A stretch of 64,000 nucleotides of DNA, taken from contig NZ_PKUB01000044.1 of assembly GCF_002868845.1 (NCBI RefSeq), forward strand, positions 32,041-96,040. Direction: 5' to 3'. Under the pieces are notes generated by a model. That model saw only the letters and a program-made list of their open reading frames with translations. It made no database searches and was not told the origin of the DNA. Below, one piece after another: positions 8,061-18,187 of this stretch. Every line of letters starts with the position of its first letter. Within the stretch, counting starts at the first letter, position 1. The DNA comes from Desulfuromonas sp. (lineage in GTDB: Bacteria; Desulfobacterota; Desulfuromonadia; Desulfuromonadales; BM501). The position numbers and the translations under genes are program-made.

Positions 8061-9605
8061 TCAGTGCGATGAAGCAGCGATGTCGAGTCTAAGGCCGAAG
8101 GCCTCTTCAAAGAGGTCTCCCTTGCCTCGCCCCCCGAAAACCTCCACGGAAAGATCCCCCTCCCCCTCCACTGCAACGCTGAAGGCTTCCTCCTCGAGAG
8201 CACAGCTCACCCCCTCGACAACCTGGCTGCGGCGCCGGTCGAGTCCGTCGGCCAGGCGAAGAATCCCGCCGAGCCGCTTCACCAGGGTCCGATCTTCGGG
8301 AGAGAGCCCCGCGAAGTTTTCATGGCGCAACCTGGGAAGGGCCTTGCGGTGGTAGCGGGCCAGGTTGGCGACCACCTCCTTTTCCCGCGGGGAAAAGTCG
8401 AACAAGTCGGCGTGGCGGATAAGGTGGTAGGAATGTTTGTGGTGCTTGCTGTAGTTGATGAAATACCCCACGTCGTGGAGAAGGGCGGCCGCCTCCAGCA
8501 TCTGCCCGGAGCGCTTGTCGAGGCCGAAGGGCTCAGCCAGGTGTTTGAAGAGCCTCAAGGCGAGTTTGCGGACCTGCTCGCCGTGGTTCATGTCAACGTG
8601 GCATGACCGGGCGAAATCCCTGATCGAATCGCGCCAGTCCCTGGGGTGCGCGCGACGCTCGATGAGGCCGTGCTTCCAGAGACTCTCCAGGATCAAGCCT
8701 TCCCGGAGGCCCCGCTCATTAACTTTCAAAACATTGCTGCCGAGCCGTCTAATCAGTTCGTTGATGACCGCCACCCCCGCGACGATGATATCGGCCCGTT
8801 CGGGGTTGAGCCCCTGCAGGGCCCTGCGCTCCTTGAAGGTCATGCGCTCCAGCATGGACAGGAGGTGAACGACCTCGGAACGCAACACCTCGTAGCCGTG
8901 CATTGAATCGTAGCGTTCCTCGCGCATTGCCATCGTCATGGCCCCGATGGCCGTGATCGTCCCCCCGGACCCGACCAGGGTCTGAAGCGATGCGTCCGGC
9001 CCCTTGAGGGCCTGTTTGAGGGATTTTCGGAGGTATTTGCGCAGATCTGCAAACTCGCCGCTCGAGATGGGGTCTGTCCGGACGAAGCGCTCGGACAGAT
9101 AGACCGCCCCCAGGTCGAGGGAATGGATCTCTTCGACATGGTTCCCTGCGGAGATGACCACCTCGGCACTGCCGCCGCCGATATCGACCATGGCGTAGCG
9201 CCGGCCGCCCATGTCGAAGTTGTGATAGGCACTCGTCGCCGCCAGCTGGGCCTCTTCCTTCCCGTCGATCACCCGGATGTCCACCCCGGCTTCAGCCTTC
9301 ATGGCCACGATGAACTCCCGGCCGTTGCGCGCCTTGCGCACCGCGCTGGTGGCCACGGCCTCGACGAAGCCGGCCCCGAGGCCTTCAATGATCATGCGCA
9401 TGCGCAGCAGGGCCTCTCTGGCTCTTTCCCAGGCATCAGGGGAGATTGAGCCGCCCGCGAACAGTCCTTCACCGAGGCGGACGGTGGCCTTTTCGTCATC
9501 GAGGATTCGAAAATCGTTGTAGCCCGTCACCTCGACGACGATACAGCGAATCGAGTTGGTGCCGATATCGATGGCGGCAAGCCTCTTTTCAGAACTTGAT
9601 GACAT
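8061..9605 (-). CDS. ppx: Exopolyphosphatase (Ppx/GppA family with HD domain)
   Basis: AIDIGTNSIRCIVVEV and VDIGGGSAEVV are actin-like ATPase motifs. A C-terminal HD region is present (LLHDVGYFINYSKHHKHSYHLI). Confidence 0.9.
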   Translation of the reverse strand: MSSSSEKRLAAIDIGTNSIRCIVVEVTGYNDFRILDDEKATVRLGEGLFAGGSISPDAWERAREALLRMRMIIEGLGAGFVEAVATSAVRKARNGREFIVAMKAEAGVDIRVIDGKEEAQLAATSAYHNFDMGGRRYAMVDIGGGSAEVVISAGNHVEEIHSLDLGAVYLSERFVRTDPISSGEFADLRKYLRKSLKQALKGPDASLQTLVGSGGTITAIGAMTMAMREERYDSMHGYEVLRSEVVHLLSMLERMTFKERRALQGLNPERADIIVAGVAVINELIRRLGSNVLKVNERGLREGLILESLWKHGLIERRAHPRDWRDSIRDFARSCHVDMNHGEQVRKLALRLFKHLAEPFGLDKRSGQMLEAAALLHDVGYFINYSKHHKHSYHLIRHADLFDFSPREKEVVANLARYHRKALPRLRHENFAGLSPEDRTLVKRLGGILRLADGLDRRRSQVVEGVSCALEEEAFSVAVEGEGDLSVEVFGGRGKGDLFEEAFGLRLDIAASSH

Positions 9606-9631
9606 AAATAGAACGTGACAGGCGGCATGGT

Positions 9632-9660
9632 TTAAGAATCTGTTACAATAAAATTATAAT
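9632..9660 (+). promoter_or_regulatory. Candidate sigma70 promoter TTAAGA-N17-TATAAT
   Basis: The -35 element TTAAGA is at 9632-9637 and a perfect TATAAT at 9655-9660. It sits in the AT-rich ppx/ppk divergent region. Confidence 0.3.
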
Positions 9661-9700
9661 TGAGATGGTATGAAAATCCATTCTTATCAAGGTGCTCGTC

Positions 9701-9844
9701 ATGGGGAAATGCTTGAAGGGCAAATCAGAAACCAAGGACAAGTCCGCCAAATACGAATGTCAGAAATGCGGCGCGGAGACGCCCAAAAAAGATCATGTCT
9801 GCAAACCGAAAAAAATCAAAACCGAGAAGAAGGGGAAAAAGTAA
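9701..9844 (+). CDS. Small Lys-rich protein (47 aa) with a CxxC...C motif
   Basis: Own translation: MGKCLKGKSETKDKSAKYECQKCGAETPKKDHVCKPKKIKTEKKGKK. An AAGGTG Shine-Dalgarno lies 8 nt upstream. The ORF is below the track's size cutoff. Confidence 0.4.
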   Translation: MGKCLKGKSETKDKSAKYECQKCGAETPKKDHVCKPKKIKTEKKGKK

Positions 9845-10073
9845 TCGCCCAAAGCCGAGCGCCCACGGTCAGGGCATTTCCCGGTGTCCGGCGGTCGCAT
9901 TGCAAGAAGGAGATTCACCCTTCATTTTCTTTGTTATCCGAGAGCACTCCTCGCTGAAAATGGATTTTTGAAAAGGGCTTTGTTGCCACGGGGAAACCCG
10001 ATTCCAGCGTTCCCCCACCGAAAATCCTCCCTGGTCGGCTGAAGCAGACCAAACCGGGGAAACATCCAGAAGG

Positions 10074-12359
10074 ATGGCAGACCAGATGGAACCGAGCGTC
10101 GAAACCAGAAGCCAGGCCAAGATCCAAAAGGAGACTCTCCCCACAAGCGGGATGACGGGGGAAACGGAGCGCACTGAGGATAAGACGTCTCCTCGAACCG
10201 TGAGGCGCAAGGTCGCCCCGTCCGCTCAGGGACCCTCCCCGCCGAGCCTGGGTTCCGCGGAGATCTTTCTCAACCGGGAATTGACCTGGCTGGCCTTCAA
10301 CGACCGCGTTCTCCACGAAGCCAAAGACCCGCGCAACCCCCTTCTGGAAAGGGTCAAGTTCGCAGCCATCGCCGCGTCCAACCTGGACGAATTCTTCATG
10401 AAACGCATCGGCGGCCTGAAGCAGCAACTGGGCGCGGGGGTGCATGACCGCACTGTCGACGGACGCACGCCGGCAGAACAGATCGCCGAATGCTACGCCT
10501 TCATCCGCAGGCACCAGGAGGAAAAACAGAGGCTGTGGATCGAACTCCAAAAGGAGCTGCAAAACCACCACATCGAGGTCGTCCCCTACCGGGACCTGAC
10601 TAAAGAAGAGGAAGAGGAGATCCGCGAAGATTATTTCCGCAATATCTTTCCCCTCGTCACCCCCCAGTCCATCGACCCCGCCCACCCCTTCCCCTTCGTC
10701 TCCAACCTCTCCCTCAACCTCCTGATTACCCTGCGCTACCCCGAGGACCGGGAGCTTTCCCTGGCCCGGGTCAAGGTTCCGATCATCGCCGGGGCGCCGC
10801 GCTTCGTTCGGATCGGGGAGAAGAACCGCTTCATCCTCCTCGAGGAGGTCATGGGGCACAATCTGGACATGCTTTTCCCCGGCATGGAGATCGTCGCGTG
10901 GGAACTTTTCCGGGTCACCCGCAACGCCAACACCGACAGAAGCGAGGAGCACGCCGACGACCTGCTCGCCCTCATCGAGTCGGCGCTGGTGGAGCGCAAA
11001 TTCGCCCCCATCGTGCGGATGGAGATCATGCCGGAGATGGACCCGACCCACCGCGGACGCCTGGCCGCTGAACTGGGGCTGAACGAGGAAGCCGACGTGT
11101 TCGACATCGAGGGCATGATGGGCATGCGCGACCTGCTCGAACTGGCCGCGCTGGCGCTGCCCAGGCTGAAGGACCCGCCTCATCACCCCATCGACCACCC
11201 GGCCCTGCAGAGCCAGCGCAATCTCTTCCACATCATCCGGGAGGCGGGATCGGTCCTGCTGCAGCATCCCTACGAGGCCTTCTCCTCCTCCGTCGAGCGG
11301 TTCCTCCAGGAGGCAGCCAACGATCCCAAGGTGCGCGCCATCAAGATGACCCTCTACCGCACCTCCAGCAGAAGCCCCATCGTCGACACCCTTATCACGG
11401 CCGCCCAGAACGGCAAACAGGTCGCGGTGGTCGTCGAACTGAAGGCCCGCTTCGACGAGGCGGCCAACATCCGCCTGGCCTCCCGCATCGAGGAGGCGGG
11501 CATCCATGTCACCTACGGGGTCGTCGGCCTGAAGACCCACGCCAAGGTCATCCTCGTGGTGCGCCAGGACTACAACGGCCTGCGCCGCTATGTCCATATC
11601 GGCACCGGGAACTACCATCCAGAGACCGCCCGGGTTTACAGCGACCTCGGTCTGCTGATCTACGACAAGGACATCGGCAGGGACGCCACCGAACTGTTCA
11701 ATTACCTGACCACCGGCTACACCCCCAAGCGAACCTACCGCAAGCTGCTGCCGGCCCCGAAGCACCTGAAGAATGCCCTCCTGGAGAAGATCCAGCGGGA
11801 AATCGACCGGCACGAAGAGAACGGTTCCGGCCATATCCGCTTCAAAATGAACGCCCTGGAGGATGCCGACATCAGCCGGGCTCTCTACCGGGCCTCCCAG
11901 GCGGGGGTCCGGGTCGATCTCATCGTGCGCGACAGCTGCCAGATCCGTCCGCAGGTCCCGGGCCTCTCGGAGAACATCCGGGTCGTCTCGATTCTCGGCC
12001 GCTTCCTGGAGCACGCCCGAATCTACTATTTCCGCAACGGGGGAGAGGAGGAATACCTCATCGGCTCGGCCGACGGCATGAAGCGCAACCTGGAGCACCG
12101 CGTGGAGGTGGTGGTGCCGGTGGAGGCCCCCCTGCTGCGCAGCGACCTGTGGACAATGCTCGAAGCCCAGTGGAACGACGAGCGCGGCGGATGGGAGATG
12201 GGGCCTGACGGAAACTACGCTCAGCGCTCCCCTCGCCCGGAGGCCGACGACCGCAGCTCCCAGGAGATTCTCATCGAACTGGCCCAAAGGCGCAACAAGG
12301 ACGTAACCCGGCTCAAAAAACGCAGGTCCAAGAGTTTCGGACAACGCAACCTGCGCTAG
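10074..12359 (+). CDS. ppk1: Polyphosphate kinase 1
   Basis: FLNRELTWLAFNDRVLHEA, the NLDEFF motif and C-terminal PLD-like HKD-type regions (VGLKTHAKVILVVR, RFLEHARIYYF). The roughly 65-aa N-terminal extension makes the true start uncertain. Confidence 0.9.
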   Translation: MADQMEPSVETRSQAKIQKETLPTSGMTGETERTEDKTSPRTVRRKVAPSAQGPSPPSLGSAEIFLNRELTWLAFNDRVLHEAKDPRNPLLERVKFAAIAASNLDEFFMKRIGGLKQQLGAGVHDRTVDGRTPAEQIAECYAFIRRHQEEKQRLWIELQKELQNHHIEVVPYRDLTKEEEEEIREDYFRNIFPLVTPQSIDPAHPFPFVSNLSLNLLITLRYPEDRELSLARVKVPIIAGAPRFVRIGEKNRFILLEEVMGHNLDMLFPGMEIVAWELFRVTRNANTDRSEEHADDLLALIESALVERKFAPIVRMEIMPEMDPTHRGRLAAELGLNEEADVFDIEGMMGMRDLLELAALALPRLKDPPHHPIDHPALQSQRNLFHIIREAGSVLLQHPYEAFSSSVERFLQEAANDPKVRAIKMTLYRTSSRSPIVDTLITAAQNGKQVAVVVELKARFDEAANIRLASRIEEAGIHVTYGVVGLKTHAKVILVVRQDYNGLRRYVHIGTGNYHPETARVYSDLGLLIYDKDIGRDATELFNYLTTGYTPKRTYRKLLPAPKHLKNALLEKIQREIDRHEENGSGHIRFKMNALEDADISRALYRASQAGVRVDLIVRDSCQIRPQVPGLSENIRVVSILGRFLEHARIYYFRNGGEEEYLIGSADGMKRNLEHRVEVVVPVEAPLLRSDLWTMLEAQWNDERGGWEMGPDGNYAQRSPRPEADDRSSQEILIELAQRRNKDVTRLKKRRSKSFGQRNLR

Positions 12360-12383
12360 GGCTTTCCCAGACCCTATCTATCC

Positions 12384-13352
12384 ATGGATGACGCTGCCCG
12401 CCGATACCCCCTTTCACAGAAAATGCCCGCGGGGCAGGCCCTGCTCCTGATCCTGAGGCGCCTGTTCGAAACCATGGAAGCCAACGAGGCAGGCCTTCGG
12501 GAGGGCCTCGACCCGGAGTCCCTCCACGACTTTAGGGTTGCGGTTCGCCGCACCCGTTGCGCCTTCGGACAGGTCGAAAACGTTCTTCCGGCGCCGGTCC
12601 TCGTCTCCTTTCGCCCACGTTTTGCCTGGCTCGGCCAGGTCACCGGAGCGACCCGGGACATGGACGTCTACCTGCTCCGGTTTTGCGCGTATCGCGACAG
12701 CCTCCCGGAGACGGCGCGGGACGACCTGGAGCCGCTGCACCATTTTCTGCTCCGACAGCAAAAACGGGAGCGGCGCAAAATGCTCCGCAGCCTTGACACC
12801 CGCCGCTACGGGGACCTGCTCCGGGACTGGAAGGCCTTCCTGGAGACCGGCCCCGACCCGGCCGCGTCCCCCCCGGGCGCCGCCCTCCCGGTCCGCGAAA
12901 CGGCCGACGCCCGAATCATCATAGCCTTCCGCAGGGTGATGCGAAAAGGGAAGGCCATCGACATCGATTCGCCCGCGTCGGCTCTCCACGAATTGCGCAT
13001 CGCCTGCAAAAAACTGCGCTACCTGGTGGAGTTCTTCCAGAGCCTTTACCCCCCCGGTCGAATCCGGAAAGCGATCCGCGACCTGAAGATCCTCCAGGAC
13101 AGCCTTGGCAGCTTCCAGGACCTTCAGGTCCAGACCGATTCCCTGCGCCGGTTCGCCGCCCAGATGGCCGATGAGGGGCCCGTCCCGGCGAAGACCCTGC
13201 TGGCCATGGGAATGCTCATCGGCGACCTGCATCGCCACCAGGGTCGCACGCGGGAAGAGTTTGGCGAAAGGTTCGACAAATTTTCCCGAAAGCCGAACCG
13301 GCGCATCTGGACGCAAACCTTCCGGTCCACAGGAGAGAAAAATGGGGGTTGA
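12384..13352 (+). CDS. CHAD domain protein
   Basis: LHDFRVAVRRTRCAF and LHELRIACKKLRYLVEFF are typical CHAD helices. Confidence 0.85.
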   Translation: MDDAARRYPLSQKMPAGQALLLILRRLFETMEANEAGLREGLDPESLHDFRVAVRRTRCAFGQVENVLPAPVLVSFRPRFAWLGQVTGATRDMDVYLLRFCAYRDSLPETARDDLEPLHHFLLRQQKRERRKMLRSLDTRRYGDLLRDWKAFLETGPDPAASPPGAALPVRETADARIIIAFRRVMRKGKAIDIDSPASALHELRIACKKLRYLVEFFQSLYPPGRIRKAIRDLKILQDSLGSFQDLQVQTDSLRRFAAQMADEGPVPAKTLLAMGMLIGDLHRHQGRTREEFGERFDKFSRKPNRRIWTQTFRSTGEKNGG

Positions 13353-13824
13353 GATCGAGAGGAAATTCCTGGTTCGGGGAGATGCGTGGAGAGCCGGCGC
13401 CGAAGGAATCCCGGTTCGCCAGGGCTACCTGAGCGTCGACCCGCCGCGCGCGGTGCGGGTCCGCCAGACGGGGAAAAGGGGTTTTCTCACCATCAAGGGG
13501 AAAACCGAGGGGATCAGCCGGACCGAATTCGAGTATCCCATCCCCCTGGAAGACGCCGAGGAACTGCTGGAGCACCTCTGCCTGCGGCCTCTCATCGAGA
13601 AGGTCCGTTACCGGGTGCCCCATGCCGGCCTGCTCTGGGAAGTCGACGAGTTTCTCGGCGAAAACACGGGCTTGATTCTCGCAGAAGTCGAGCTGGAGAG
13701 CGCCGCCCAGGAGGTCCCCCTGCCGCCATGGGCCGGCCGCGAAGTCTCCGAAGACCCCCGCTACTTCAACGCCGCACTGGCCCGGCACCCTTTCACAGAC
13801 TGGGAGGCGAAGGGCGAGCCCTGA
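13342..13824 (+). CDS. CYTH-domain protein (triphosphate tunnel metalloenzyme)
   Basis: MGVEIERKFLV carries the ExExK signature. The start overlaps the CHAD stop by 11 nt. Confidence 0.85.
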   Translation: MGVEIERKFLVRGDAWRAGAEGIPVRQGYLSVDPPRAVRVRQTGKRGFLTIKGKTEGISRTEFEYPIPLEDAEELLEHLCLRPLIEKVRYRVPHAGLLWEVDEFLGENTGLILAEVELESAAQEVPLPPWAGREVSEDPRYFNAALARHPFTDWEAKGEP

Positions 13825-13852
13825 GCGCCGAGGGCATCTCTGGATGCGACGG

Positions 13853-14626
13853 TTAATCGTCGACCTTTCCCCTTTTTTCCCCCTTCACCTCCAGCGCCTC
13901 GGCGGCATGGCAGGCCGCACCGATAATTCCGGCCTGGTTGCGCTGCTGGGCGGGAACCACCCGCGCCCGGACCTTGAAGGCGGGAAAGAACCGGTCGTGC
14001 TTCCGGCTGACGCCCCCCCCAATGATGAACAGGTCGGGCCAGAGCAGATCCTCCATCTTCCCCAGGAACCTGCCAAGCCGCCGGCCCCACTTCTCCCAGC
14101 TCAGCTCCTCCTCTTCCCGGACCCCGGCGGAGGCGTACTTCTCGGCGGCACCGCCCTTCATGGGGAAATGCCCGAATTCCGTGTTGGGAAAAAGAACTCC
14201 CCCTGAAAAAAGGGCCGATCCGAGACCGGTCCCGACGGTCACCACCATCACCACCCCGACCTCCCCCCGGCCCGCCCCGAAGCGCATCTCGGCGATCCCG
14301 GCGGCATCGGCGTCATTGAGGACCCGGCATGGACAGCCGGTGGCCGCGCTCAGGGCCGCCGCAACGTTGTTGCCGATCCAGGCCGAATCGATGTTGGCGG
14401 CGGTCAGGGCGATCCCGTCACGGATGACCGCCGGAAAGCCGCAGCCGATCGGCCCCTGCAAGGAGAACCGGCCCGCCAGGTCGCGTACGGCCTTTGCCAC
14501 AGCCCGGGGCGTCGAGGGAGCGGGTGTCGGAATGCGAACCCGCTCCGAAACGAGCTCCCCCCGAGTCACATCGACCAGGGCCCCCTTGATGCCGCTGCCG
14601 CCGATGTCGATGCCGAGCACATGCAT
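13853..14626 (-). CDS. ppgK: ROK-family polyphosphate glucokinase
   Basis: [19 protein letters not shown]..., at 257 aa, with ROK-type motifs. Confidence 0.85.
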   Translation of the reverse strand: MHVLGIDIGGSGIKGALVDVTRGELVSERVRIPTPAPSTPRAVAKAVRDLAGRFSLQGPIGCGFPAVIRDGIALTAANIDSAWIGNNVAAALSAATGCPCRVLNDADAAGIAEMRFGAGRGEVGVVMVVTVGTGLGSALFSGGVLFPNTEFGHFPMKGGAAEKYASAGVREEEELSWEKWGRRLGRFLGKMEDLLWPDLFIIGGGVSRKHDRFFPAFKVRARVVPAQQRNQAGIIGAACHAAEALEVKGEKRGKVDD

Positions 14627-14780
14627 GGTCCGCCTCCCTTTTGGATTTTCCGCCGTTATCGCCTAGACTCTTAGTATAACCAACCCGGGCCAATCGACGG
14701 AAAGACCCTCGAGAAAGTGCGCTTTCGAAAATGGAGATATTCAACGAAGGGATGAGGAACGAGCAAAGGGGAGGAAAACC

Positions 14781-15269
14781 ATGAAAAGACTGCTCCTGGT
14801 GCGGCACGCCAAGTCGAGCTGGGACGATCCGGATCTGGCCGACATCGACCGCCCCCTCAACAAGCGGGGCAAAAGGGACGCCCCGACCATGGGGCGGCGC
14901 CTGGCCGAGCGGGGCATCGCCCCCGGCCTCATCGTCTCCAGCCCGGCCAAGAGGGCCCGCAGGACCGCCCTGCTCCTCGCCGAGGAGATCGCCTATCCGG
15001 AAGAGACGATCGCGCTGGACGAAAGGATCTACGAAGCGAGTGCCGCCGAGCTTCTCGACGTGATCCGCGGCTTCGACGACGCTCAGGACACGGCCCTGCT
15101 GGTCGGCCACAACCCGGGCCTGACCGAGTTGGGCAACCTGCTTACCGGTGCTGGCATCGCCAACATTCCCACCTGCGGGATTCTCTGCGCCGAGTTGCGG
15201 GGCACATCCTGGAAGGAGCTCGCCGCCGGTGCAACGATCCTGTCCTTCTTCGACTATCCAAAGAGGTAA
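14781..15269 (+). CDS. sixA: Histidine phosphatase, SixA-type
   Basis: LLLVRHAKS carries the RHA/G catalytic motif. At 162 aa the size matches SixA. Confidence 0.75.
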   Translation: MKRLLLVRHAKSSWDDPDLADIDRPLNKRGKRDAPTMGRRLAERGIAPGLIVSSPAKRARRTALLLAEEIAYPEETIALDERIYEASAAELLDVIRGFDDAQDTALLVGHNPGLTELGNLLTGAGIANIPTCGILCAELRGTSWKELAAGATILSFFDYPKR

Positions 15270-15622
15270 TCCGGGGTCCCGGCCTCCCTCCAGCGCCAGG
15301 AAACGCCTCCCCCAATTACTCCGTGCCCACCATCGGAATGACCCGTACGACCTTGCCTGCGGAAAATCTTTCGATTCCCCCCCCAAGGAACGTGAACCTT
15401 GCAATGGGATTCAGTCGAGTGCTAGTATTAAAAATCTTCTTAAGCCGCCGCCGAGAAACAGGAATATACTTCCCCGACAAGGCGGGAGCAGACCGCCGAC
15501 ATCACACCGGGGCTATTGCCACCAAGAGATGGCGAGGCCTGGTCCGGACGCAAAGAAGATTGGTGCCTGATATCGTTCCTTCCCGTTAACCCCTGTCCGG
15601 ATTCTCCCTTCTCAACGCCGTC

Positions 15623-16576
15623 ATGTTTGACCAAACCGTCCTAAATTACACCAAAGGCAACGACTGCCTGCAAACCCGGGTTAGGCATCCTCGAACAGTT
15701 ATGCCGAACTTCGCCTTTTATTGCGACTGGATTATCTGGGACGAGGATAACATTTTCGTTGACGAACCAAGGCAACCGAGAATTATCTACGTGAGAAGTG
15801 AAATCACTGCCTTGAACTTCTTCAAAGAGAACGTCCTGAGCAGGTTGAACAGAGACTTCGTGCTGGTAACGACGTGCCACGACACCCCCATGCCGCTCGG
15901 CTTCGAAAAGTTTTTCGACTTCCGGTGGAAGGACATAATAAGCAATCGCCACCTGAGGGCCTGGTTCACGGAGAACCTGGACCTTGTCCACGAGAAGATC
16001 AGACCGATCCCCCTCGGGATTCCTTTTCCCGACCTGCCGTCGTGGCTCGCCGGCACCAACTCGTCCACGGTCTGGACGGACGATTTTGCGGCGCTGGCCG
16101 ATTCATGGAAGCACGCCTCCCGAATCCCCAAAATCTTCGGCTGCTGGTACCCGCGGGTGAACCACCACAGCGGGACCTGCCCCGAGGAGGACAACGAAAG
16201 GCAAAACGCCTACGACACCTTCATCAACAGGAAAGAGTTGTTCGACTGGCATGAACCGGGCATGGACCGAAACAACTTCATAGCCGCCATGGGGAGGTAC
16301 CGCTTTGTCCTGTGTCCCCACGGAGGGGGACTGGATCCGAACCCCAAGTGCTGGGAGGCCCTGATCATGGGCGCCATCCCCATCGTGCGGAGGAACAGCA
16401 TGTCCGAGGCCCTGGAGCACCTCCCCCTCGTCGTGGTCGACGAGTGGACCGAGATCACCCGGGAGATGCTGGATCATTGGGAGGCCCGGCATGCCCCTGC
16501 GTTGGAGGCGGAAAACCTCAGGCACCTGATGTCCAACGAATACTTTTACCGGAAAATGGAGGCCTGCCTCGATTAG
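15623..16576 (+). CDS. Exostosin (GT47)-like putative glycosyltransferase
   Basis: The C-terminal RYRFVLCPHGGGLDPNPKCWEALIMGAIPIV resembles the exostosin FCLCPxG...EAlxxGCIPV motif. The function call is tentative. Confidence 0.5.
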   Translation: MFDQTVLNYTKGNDCLQTRVRHPRTVMPNFAFYCDWIIWDEDNIFVDEPRQPRIIYVRSEITALNFFKENVLSRLNRDFVLVTTCHDTPMPLGFEKFFDFRWKDIISNRHLRAWFTENLDLVHEKIRPIPLGIPFPDLPSWLAGTNSSTVWTDDFAALADSWKHASRIPKIFGCWYPRVNHHSGTCPEEDNERQNAYDTFINRKELFDWHEPGMDRNNFIAAMGRYRFVLCPHGGGLDPNPKCWEALIMGAIPIVRRNSMSEALEHLPLVVVDEWTEITREMLDHWEARHAPALEAENLRHLMSNEYFYRKMEACLD

Positions 16577-16624
16577 ACGGCACCCTCCTTGGTCCAATTG
16601 CCCTCTTGGAATTGCCAACAGCCC

Positions 16625-17422
16625 ATGAAAAGACGCCTCAGATTTTCCGCCGCAAGTTACGGCCCCCTTGCCGACAACCAACCCCACCGGTTTGCCATGG
16701 AGAGGGCCCTCAGGATATATCGCTCCAATGCGATATACAGCTTCATCCCCAAAAACGCCTGTTCGACCATGAGGCTCTCACTGGCGCTTGAAAACGGGTG
16801 CATCGACGACGTTCGGGACTACGAGTGTATCCACGAAAACAACAAGACCTTCGCCTCTGACCTCGATCACCTGATAACGGCCAACTATTCGTTCGTCATA
16901 CTGAGATGTCCTTTTGCGCGCCTGGCCAGCGTTTATCTGGACAAGGTGGTGGGCCGTGAACCCGCCGGGCACAAGTTCGCCAGAATGGCAGGGGAACAGG
17001 GCGGGGTTGAAGAGGTGACCTTCGACGCGTTCGTCAGGGCGATGCGCAACCCCGAGGTCAAACGGGGGAACGTGCACTGGAGACCGCAAGGCGACTTCCT
17101 GGTTTACAAGGAATACGACGATTATTTCTCAGTCGAGGAATTCCCCCGTGCCGTCAGAACGCTCAGGGCAAAAATCGACCTGCACATTCATGACGCGCGG
17201 GGATTGACTAATCACGGCCTCGACAAGCACGAGTTGGTCGACGGGGATGATTTCTCCGCCCTTTCGGCCGAAACCATACGGGCCATGAAACATTCGGGAC
17301 GCTCTCCGAGGCCCCGGTGCCTCTACAACGACGAGTTGCACTCCATCGTTAACGAGGCGTACGCCGAGGACATCGCCCTCTATATCGACCTGTTCGGCCC
17401 GAAGAGTCTCATGTTCGCCTGA
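16625..17422 (+). CDS. Sulfotransferase family 2-like protein (ST1)
   Basis: 5'-PSB-like FIPKNACSTMR, 3'-PB-like ILRCPFARLASVYLDKV, and HWRPQ. An alternative TTG start exists at 16589. Confidence 0.7.
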   Translation: MKRRLRFSAASYGPLADNQPHRFAMERALRIYRSNAIYSFIPKNACSTMRLSLALENGCIDDVRDYECIHENNKTFASDLDHLITANYSFVILRCPFARLASVYLDKVVGREPAGHKFARMAGEQGGVEEVTFDAFVRAMRNPEVKRGNVHWRPQGDFLVYKEYDDYFSVEEFPRAVRTLRAKIDLHIHDARGLTNHGLDKHELVDGDDFSALSAETIRAMKHSGRSPRPRCLYNDELHSIVNEAYAEDIALYIDLFGPKSLMFA

Positions 17423-17513
17423 GGAGTGGTTCGCGGAGAGACCGGGACCGAACAACCCGAAACACCTCGCATGGCGGTTTCATCAACGGAGACGATACAA
17501 AGGGGAAGTGGCG

Positions 17514-18125
17514 GTGATCATCTCTCACAAGCACAAATTCATTTTCATAAAAACGGCAAAGACGGCGGGAACGTCGATAGAAGTTTTTCTCTCCCGCCAT
17601 TGCGGTCTGGAGGATGTCCTGACCCCCATTTTTCCCCATGTAGAGCCCCACGTTGCCAGGAATTATGAGGAAAAGGAATTTTTCAACCATATCCCGGCAG
17701 CAGATATCAAAAAAAAGGTGTCAAGGGAGATATGGAACAATTACTTCAAGTTCTGTGTTGAACGAAACCCCTGGGACAAGACGCTGTCCCACTACCATAT
17801 GCTTAGATTCAGGGCAGAAAACAACTTGTCGCTGGATGAATATTTCGAAAAGGGCCAATTCTGCTTCAACTACCCAAAATACACGGACAACTCTGGAAGT
17901 GTCATTGTAGACCGAATTGTCAAATACGAGAATCTATCCGAAGAACTTGCCTATATTTTCAGAAGACTGAACATCCCTTTCGAGGGTTCTCTAGGCGTGA
18001 AGGCCAAATCGGAGTACAGGACCGACAGAAGACACTACAAAGAAATATTGTCAACTGAACAGGCGGAGATCATCTCCAAGGCCTTTTCAAGAGAGATTGA
18101 ATTGTTCGGATATTCCTTTCAATAA
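17514..18125 (+). CDS. Sulfotransferase family protein (ST2)
   Basis: IISHKHKFIFIKTAKTAGTSIEVFLS, and VERNPWDKTLSHYHM. The start is either GTG 17508 or GTG 17514; 17514 has better spacing from the AGGGGA Shine-Dalgarno. Confidence 0.8.
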   Translation: MIISHKHKFIFIKTAKTAGTSIEVFLSRHCGLEDVLTPIFPHVEPHVARNYEEKEFFNHIPAADIKKKVSREIWNNYFKFCVERNPWDKTLSHYHMLRFRAENNLSLDEYFEKGQFCFNYPKYTDNSGSVIVDRIVKYENLSEELAYIFRRLNIPFEGSLGVKAKSEYRTDRRHYKEILSTEQAEIISKAFSREIELFGYSFQ

Positions 18126-18187
18126 AGCCTCAACAGGCAATAGGAGATGAATTAGTTATTACTTGGCTATGGCACTGCAAAAAAACA

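Noticed and set aside
9670-9957. A 95-aa track ORF between ppx and ppk1
   Set aside because: It has no Shine-Dalgarno sequence and an odd composition. The 47-aa ORF in another frame (9701..9844) has better translation signals.
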